33,610 nt of DNA. Origin: Octopus sinensis (lineage: Eukaryota). Shown here one piece after another: positions 26,246-33,610 of this stretch. Positions within the stretch are counted from its first letter, which is position 1; every line of letters begins with the position of its first letter. The notes below the pieces were generated by a model, which was not told where the DNA came from, did not search any database, and worked only from the letters and a program-made list of their open reading frames with translations. The translations under genes were made by a program, and so were the position numbers. The DNA lies in assembly GCF_006345805.1 (NCBI RefSeq), contig NW_021829654.1, positions 1-33,610 of the forward strand. Direction: 5' to 3'.

Positions 26246-26989
26246 TCAATTTATTATTCGCGTTAATTAATCTTTTTAACGAACAACTAGCGCAATTGGA
26301 TTTTACCTAGAAAAATAATTGGAACAATTTATTATACTTTTGGTGTTTTCCTAAAATCATGTTATCAATTAATTTTAAAAATAATGTTTTTGTGATAAAA
26401 ACAAAGTCAAATTTACACTTATAACAGCTTTTAATCACAAATTTCAAAATAGTACAATTTTGATCTATTTCATTGCTAAAAACACCATTCAAGCCTAAAA
26501 ATAGAAGAGTGATATGCCGCAACAGTTCTGCTTTCCTAATTGAAAGGCTCTTGATTGTGATGCTGTGTATAATTTCTTTATCAAAAAGCTAAACACTTTC
26601 GCAAATTTCTTTTCTAAAAGATCAGAAATATTATTAATGATGTCAGTCAACCACAAGGATAGTTTTACACGGGAATTAAATTTTTAACCCTAAAGAAAGC
26701 AATCTCTGTTGACCCGAAGGACCTTAGACTAATTACATGCAGCCGTGCTTATATAAATAAATTTATCACAAATATGTGAATTACATAGAAACACATTATT
26801 GTGAGCGTAGATCGATGTAAAGAAAGTTTTCTATTTAACGAGTTAGCTTTGAAGTCCAATTTTGAAAAGCGAAGGTTAATTTCATTGAAAAAAGCAGAAA
26901 TTTTGTAGACAGAAAAAAAAGAAAAGCCCACATGGCCACAATTATAGAATCCCTGCATTATAAATATAGAACAACCACACTCAAAGAGA

Positions 26990-27310
26990 TTGCCAGATCA
27001 CTACTGTGACTTGCAAATAAAGTCATTGTTGAGTAGTATTAAAAAGAAAAGGTTGTTTTCTAAGCTTATGAGTCGCTAAAAAATAATATTTTTGATATTC
27101 AAAGGATATATCTCCTAAATCGCAGGCGATATTCTCTTTCTTCAAGACGGAAACATCATTTTCAGAGATTCTAATGACAAAGGTCTACATTGTAGATCTT
27201 TGACGATAACAGTGGATCATCTTGCATCAAAATGTAATAGAATGTTAAATTCAGGTTACATCAAAAGGTGTCTTCACCTGAATTTCGAAATAATCAAAGA
27301 ATTTCGAAAT
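26990..27310 (+). mobile_element. Second R4/Dong-like retrotransposon relic (zinc-knuckle region)
   Basis: TVDHLASKCNRML...RCLHL corresponds to the CCHC knuckle region also seen near 12200-12320. Confidence 0.55.
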
Positions 27311-27784
27311 TTATACTCTAAATAATGCCTGTAAAATTATCATTTAATTGATTAGCTTTTCACAATTTGATTGAATAAAGTTGACTAGAAATTCTTATTA
27401 AAAAATTGGTGTCTTGAAAAATTTCATTCTAAAGATAATATTTACATTTTTGACAATAACCTGTGAAGATAAATATTTTTATTATAAAAACAAAAAAGAA
27501 TGTATGACATTAAAAGTTCGGGAATTGACTTTATAAAACGTCCAGTTGTTAACAGAAATTTATGCTAACGTTTTTATTCGGGCACTTAAAATTAAGTGAT
27601 TTTGCCGACTTGAGGAATTAAGGCTATTTAACGATAGATTAAGCAGTCTTTGCTACCGTTTTCTTTTAGTATTGGAATAGATATGGATCTTTCCACTCTC
27701 CTGGCCAATTTTGTTGACCTCATACCTCAGGAATTCTTCCGTTCAAATCCATTAATCCAATGATTTTACCGGATGTCCAAGCAG

Positions 27785-28230
27785 AATTCCAGGAGGGATG
27801 AGTACACGTGACCATATAACAAATGTCCGATGGATTACAGAGAAAGCCAATGAATACAATAAGAGTGTATACATTTGCTTCATTGACTATCAGAAAACTT
27901 TTGATTCCGTTATACACGACAAGCTGTGGTCCGGTTTAAAAGAATTTAAATTCAATTCCCATCTGACATTGTTTATCAAATCTCTTTATAAAAACCAAAA
28001 AGCTATTGTTAGCAAAGTGTATGGAGATACCGACTGATTCAAAATTGTTAGAGGGTCAGACAATTTTTCGTATTATCTCCCATCTTATTCGATATTTATG
28101 CCGAAATGATCATTGATCATGTCTAATTTGGCATGTGACGGAGTGCTTTCCTGAAAATAGACAGTATATACAAAAGCAGAGATATTTGCTTAAGGACCAA
28201 ATGTAGACTGGTCAATGCAATCGTGTTCCG
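27785..28230 (+). mobile_element. RTE-clade (BovB-like) reverse transcriptase fragment
   Basis: STRDHITNVRWITEKANEYNKSVYICFIDYQKTFDSVIHDKLW and LRTKCRLVNAIVF are typical RTE RT segments. Confidence 0.85.
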
Positions 28231-28344
28231 TCTCGAACACGACTTAATTAAATAACATAACCTAACTTTTATTCAGAACGATAATTTAGAAATAAAAAAA
28301 CATTTTACTTATTTATAAAATAATGTTTTAAATTTTGACATGCA

Positions 28345-28445
28345 TGAAACTATTTGGTTTAGAGTGAATATCTTATCGAAGAGCTGGAAAAGACAAAACG
28401 TTTTGCATTGAAATTGGCTTACGGAGTACAATTTGACAGAAGGTT
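28345..28445 (+). mobile_element. 3' relic of a LINE related to the element at 30944-32525
   Basis: IEELEKTKRFALKLAYGVQFD parallels IAKLEKTRRYAIKLANGLQLD in the downstream LINE. Confidence 0.45.
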
Positions 28446-28884
28446 AAAAGCTTGCAAAAATTCTCTGTGCCCACGATCAATATGGTCCAAAAGAAAACTT
28501 GTGTTTGATTACGATAATTGGGATTAGCAATGAAAGAGGCACTTCGGTGTCTCTTTTTTTATCTTACTGTTAACGATTTTTCTTTGGGTTTGGTTTTTTG
28601 GCAATAAAAACAATTCTATTTTATATGGTTTTAAGTTATCACTTAATATTTTTTGATTCATTCTAGGAAGGGAAAATCGGTCGTGCCGCTAGTAGCCAAA
28701 CAGTTTTCTCTTAGGATTGCTAATAAAATTATCTGGAGCAGCCATGGCGTCTCCTCCAGTGTGCGTTTTGAAATCATGATTCTGATCTCCTTCACAACGA
28801 CCCACAATTTCCAATGGTTTGCTTGCTCGTAAAGCTTAACTCATGTATACAACGAACAATTTTATAATGCAACAGTTACTTGAA

Positions 28885-29320
28885 ATGAAAAATGGTGTCT
28901 GCATTTCAATATAAAATGGCGCAAAGAATACTTAGTCTTAAAAAAGCACCCCATACGTGAAACAATATTTTAATCCACGTAAAACGACGTTGTGTGTATG
29001 CTTAAACTGAGAAGAGATCATTAATCAAGAATTGCTGGAAATAACTCAAACTGTCAATGCGAAACTCTATGCCTAAGAGATGAAGAAACTCAAAATGGTT
29101 ATTCAGATAAAAACATCTAATAAACATCAAAATGTTTGTTTGAAACATAAAAATGTTTGATTCCATATTGCAAAAATAAACAAAGAAGCTATTCAAACAC
29201 ACGTCTGAAAAATGCTTTCAAATGCTATGTAAAAAGTTTTGTTAAATAGTGATGCAGAATTGAGAGCTTGATTAAATCATTTTTTGAGTCAAATGATTTC
29301 TAGCGAAAAATTATTGAGAA
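28885..29320 (+). mobile_element. Degenerate mariner transposase relic
   Basis: EKW, PRKTTLCV...ELLEITQTVNAKLY and a C-terminal ELRA*LNHFLSQ segment match the mariner layout. Many stops. Confidence 0.7.
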
Positions 29321-30940
29321 TCTTGTTGAACTTGAAAAAAAAGTTTTAGACACGGATGGAAATATATTATTAATTAAATCCTCGTCAGTTTTTATTTTTC
29401 TTAAAACGGCCTGAACTTTGTTTCCAACACTTTGTTTCCAACTACAAAAACTGACGACCAGAGGAAGACAAGCTGGCTTTTCCAGCAAATTTCGATCACT
29501 CCGCGGAAGCTGGTATTAAATACGCATCATCGAGTCGTTGAGTTGACCCTTAGGCTCCTGACTATCCTTTTATCAACGTCAGTCTTTTTTTATTAGGATA
29601 ATCGATATAGTAGCTTTACATTAAAAATATTTTAAAATGAGTAAATTTAATTTTCGAAAAGTTCGAATCGTGCATCCGTAGCTTCGAGAAACGTACTCAT
29701 GTAGGATTTATAAATTAAATATATTTATATATTTTATATATTCTAGAAATATGTGGTTTGGACCACAAATACTAAATGACGTTTGTATTATTTACCTAAA
29801 ATGGAAGAATATAAAAATAAAGGCTGGTATATAAAGTTTTTTAAGGTATATTAAAAAATAGAAACAATCTAAAAGAATTTTCTAACTGTATAAAATTGTG
29901 ATTGAGTTAGTTCATTTTTTGGAGATCAATTAATCAAATAAAGCCAGCAACATTTTATCCAATAAATTTTATTATTTTTAACATCAAATCACAATTATTA
30001 TTAAATACACATCTGCTTTGCCATAAGCACGTACGTGCCTAAGATTTTGCTTGTGCCAGCCACACAATTTTTCAAGAGCAAGAGTGAGAACAAGAAAGTG
30101 AATTATTCTCATTAATTCCGACTTATGACGTTTATTAGTTTCTCTTATCTTATAAGTAGGGGTGCCAACAAAAAATATCATAGCACAGATCGTTGATGAT
30201 GCCATTCGAAACCTTATGGTTGAACGGGATAATTTTATGCTTCTCATTTCCGATGCTGCACGGTATATGACATCCGGTATTGTTTTAATTAATTGATGAT
30301 TTAGCCGGGAAAATTTTAAAAAATTTATATCCCAATCTTTTTCATGTTAATTGCGTCACCCATATTCTGCATAATTGTTCAATGGAGGTCAGAAAATCTT
30401 ATCCAGAAGTTGATGATGTGATATCTAGCGTGCAAGCTTCAGTCAGGAAGAACCACAAGCGAAAATTGTTGTTTTACGAAATTGGAATTCCTCCGAAATT
30501 TTGTTGACGAGATGGGGCACCTGGTTAAAGGCTGCATCTTTTTATTCAAGAAATTTAATCTCAGTGATTAACATTTTTGATTTGAGGACGAAGGAATACT
30601 AGTGACTGCCACCAAAAATGCATTGAAAAGTGAAAAACTAGTAAAAAGCTTATGTGCAATTTCGCATAACTATTCACATATTCCAGGTTTTTCATATAGT
30701 AATTAATCTCATAGAGAAAATATTACAACTTGAAAGTAGCGAATGTACAATAGAATTTGCATATTCGACGTTAAGTACACTTGACTTCGGGAAGGATGAA
30801 GCAGGGATCAAAAAATATTTAGAGAAGAGAATTTTAGAGAGCGATATGACTAAAATTATTAATATGGATAATAAAAATATCTCTCCGGAAGATTATTCGT
30901 TGCTTCAAAACTGTCAACCATCCTCGGCATCTATCGAACG

Positions 30941-30962
30941 ATGAATGAATGAATGAATGAAT
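30941..30962. repeat. (ATGA)n microsatellite forming the LINE 3' tail
   Basis: ATGAATGAATGAATGAATGAAT is seen directly at the LINE/hAT junction. Confidence 0.9.
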
Positions 30963-32525
30963 TTTTATTAACGGAAAAGCCGAAAAAAGAGGGAGAAAGT
31001 TAATGAGACAACGTATGCCTCTTCTTCGTTGTTTCCCTCTTTTTTTTTTTTTTTTTAAAATTAATTCGAGAAGAAAAGGCTCTCTCAAGAACACTTCCAC
31101 CGTTTCCGTCGCGTCTTCCATCACTTGAGGGATGGGTTGGTCCAACTGGAGTCCATTTGCCAATTTGATGGCATATCGCCTCGTCTTTTCGAGCTTAGCG
31201 ATAATGCCATCCCTTTCAGCAGTAGGATACCATCCCTCGAACCGTAGGTAAGCAATGGTTCGACGCACGTTTTATAAACATATAAAAACGTTTCCGGGGA
31301 AAGGTGGAAGTGAATTATGCTCCTGAGAATTTGAGCGCATTTCCTTCTCCTCGAGTCGATGTATCTGAAGTAAGAACCCTTGGATCCAACTTCAACCCCA
31401 AGGTATTTCAGGTTCTCCGTTACTGTAAACTCATAGAGGTTTCTCGGCGGTTTTCGTTTTGCTCCCTGTTTTGCAATCCAAGTGGCGGTGCACTTTTCTT
31501 TTGCAAGCGACAGTCCTTTGATATGCACCATTCTTCCACTCTTGTCACGTATCCTTTTAATTCCTCCACGAGATGTCTTTTCTCCACAAAGCATCCGTTA
31601 TTAATATGTCGTCCGCGTAGATCATGAGACGACTGGTAGGATCTTTCGGTTTTGGAATATCAGCAACGTAAATATTAAAAAGCAGGGGGCTCAAGACCGA
31701 GCCTTGAGGTACCCCTCTTTTGAGATCGACAGATTCCGACAAACGGTTTCCGCATCGTATGTATGACCTTCTCATTGATAAATAGCTCTTCAGCCATTGA
31801 CCGTTTTAGACCCGGGTTTGCTCTGGCGACACTTTCCAAGAGGCCCAGGTGCCATACGCTGTCAAAAGCTTTTGAGACATCGAGGCAGATAGCAATAGTC
31901 GCTGTATTATTAGCAAGACTAAGCGAGATGACTTTCTCGAGTTCTCCGAAACAATCACCACAGGATCTTTTTCGTCGGAATCCCCACTGCTCTACTGCAA
32001 GTGCACCTGATTCCTCTACCAAGTTCGAAAGTCTTGTGAAGACAATCCGTTCCATAATTTTAGAGACGGAGCATATTAGGCTTATCGGCCTATAGTTCTC
32101 TGCATGGTCCTTTATTTTTCCAGGCTTTAGAATCATACGTACGATTGACTTTTTCCAAGAGTCCGGTACGTATCCAAGTCTCCAGCTTGCATTGTATAGT
32201 GCGGTCAAGTATCGTAGGAGAATATTTGGAGCATGTTTGAATACAGAAATTGGAATGTAGTCATGGCCGGGTGCATTATTCTTGCAGCTCATAATTGCGG
32301 CATACGTTTCTTCCAACGTTATGTCTCTGCACAGTGGTCCCGTATGACTCAAATTAGCTCTTAGACTTCTCTGAGCCTCACATATAACTTCTTTCGGAAC
32401 CATGTCGATCGGATCCACCTCTTGAACTTTTGCCAGTTGACTTCGCAGATGTGAGGGAACTTCATCGAGCGGGATATCTATTCCTTCAGTGTTTTTAGTC
32501 GGATCTCTCTCCTTTGTTCTCCAAT
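30944..32525 (-). mobile_element. 5'-truncated Jockey/I-group-like LINE (RT domain) with (TTCA)n tail
   Basis: APGHD, WKKSIVRMILKPGK, YRPISL, QWGFR, LDVSKAFDSVWH, GVPQGSVLSPLLFNIY, YADD, LKYLG. AATAAA precedes the (TTCA)n tail. 8-bp TSD GAACGATG at 30936-30943 and 32526-32533. Confidence 0.92.
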
Positions 32526-33062
32526 GAACGATGCTTTTCGCAATTTAGGAGAATAAATAAAGTTAAATTTTTTTAATTTTAAGGTTAAAAATTTGGTTTA
32601 TAGGTAATAAAGTTAACTTTTTAAGGTTAAATTTTTCAATTTTTAAGGTTAAAAAAATGTTGGCCCTACTTATAAGTTTTCTTTTTTACTGTAGTGCGGT
32701 TGATTAGATTTTAGAAAGCTCGCTATCCACAATTTTCACATCATAGGTTGCAACTCAGGCACAAACAACAATTATAACTAGCTAATCAAAAACAGTGATA
32801 GAGGGAGAGAGTCGTTTGTGCCGATCAACATAGACGTCCAAATTGACGACGAAAACTTTATACAAAACTTTTTGAGGAAAGTAAAACTGCAAGACCAAGT
32901 TGAAGAGGAAGATGACAAAAATTATTTTCCGACACTGTATGAAGCTAGTGAATTTGACTTAAAAAACACTTTTGACTGTATTTAAAACTACCTCAACGCG
33001 ATTATTCAAAAAATTATTAATTATTTCTGAAGCAGAATAATACGGAGACTCAAATTTATCTA

Positions 33063-33610
33063 TACCTTTCCAAGTTCAATATGGGAGTTTCCAAATTCAA
33101 TATGGGATTTCCAAGCTAATTTTAAAATATTTGAAAAAAATCATGATTAATTTATATCAAACGAAAAAATTAAAATGTTACGTCCTTGTAATTTAATAAA
33201 GAAGGCAATAGTCCTTAGATTCTGGCTATTAACTTAGTACAAATCTTTGGAGTAACTTCGTCCATAGATTGTTTAATTAAATCCTCCAATCTCTGTTTCC
33301 GAAATTCTGTTTTTGACAAGTCAGGTTCACCTCTTAAATCATCCTTAAAGCCTTCTTTTATCCACCTGTATGCAGTTGTTCTTTTTTTCCGAGAGAACAT
33401 GCAACTTGATTCCAATCCCCATCATTTTCGTAAACGGTCAACAAATTTTTTCTTTTTTCAGCTAATTGTTTCTTTTTATTAACGTACATTTTGTAATGTA
33501 AGGCGATTTTAAATTAATAAATGAATTCAATAACCGACTTGAAAGAATTTGGAAAATTCCACTTTGAACTTGGAAATCCCATATTGAATTTGGAAATTCC
33601 CATATTGAAC
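33063..33610 (-). mobile_element. Non-autonomous IS630/Tc1/mariner-like element with long inverted ends; runs off the window edge
   Basis: GTTCAATATGGGAGTTTCCAAATTCAATATGGGATTTCCAAG (from about 33074) is the near-perfect reverse complement of about 33568-33610. The internal minus-strand ORF joins an HTH-like TTAYRWIK to a C-terminal LEDLIKQSMDEVTPKIC segment. Confidence 0.7.

Larger units (their letters stand above)
30157..32668 (+). mobile_element. Second CGGBP1/DUF659-like hAT element, internally deleted and interrupted by a LINE
   Basis: Ends TAGGGGTGCCAACA (30157) and TGTTGGCCCTA (32668); perfect 8-bp TSD CTTATAAG (30149-30156 and 32669-32676). Motifs LISDAARYM, CVTHILHN and SASIER/CFS; TTAAGGTTAAA subterminal repeats at about 32578-32655. 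Confidence 0.88.

Noticed and set aside
26300-26960. Possible additional minus-strand gene upstream of PCGF (ORFs 26307-26522 and 26749-26958)
   Set aside because: Intron-like segments are present, but I could not build a consistent stop-free model or find homology.
33063-33610. Short repeats here and at hAT ends considered as CRISPR-like arrays
   Set aside because: They are inverted or subterminal transposon repeats without regular unique spacers, in a eukaryotic context.

Overview
This is AT-rich nuclear DNA from an animal with a compact gene structure. Most introns I could place by hand (about 45 in host genes) are 25-34 nt with degenerate GT donors, and the genetic code is standard. Six host genes can be reconstructed exon by exon: a catalytic-domain-only TGS1 (-), a STAT5/6-like STAT (-) with three one-base-short frame breaks, a ZDHHC12-like palmitoyltransferase (+), MDH1B (-), an orphan multi-Ig type I membrane protein (+) and a PCGF/BMI1-like RING+RAWUL Polycomb protein (-). 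The rest is dense, partly nested transposon sequence: two CGGBP1/DUF659-like hAT elements with intact 8-bp TSDs, a Buster hAT, Tc1, mariner, pogo/Tigger, an IS630/Tc1-like deletion derivative, Gin-like integrase relics and several non-LTR retrotransposons (R4/Dong-like, RTE, Jockey/I-like). Micro-introns plus STAT, Ig and MDH1B are consistent with a ciliated, genome-reduced metazoan such as a dicyemid or orthonectid; this is inference and the species cannot be named from the window. I saw no rRNA, tRNA or CRISPR array. The best leads are hAT transposases carrying host-style micro-introns (one position shared between two diverged families), the frame-broken STAT whose phosphotyrosine tail is out of frame, an apparent excess of GC-AG micro-introns, and an eh1-like motif at the PCGF C-terminus. 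One caveat applies throughout: repeated single-base shortfalls in homopolymers suggest deletion-biased assembly error.
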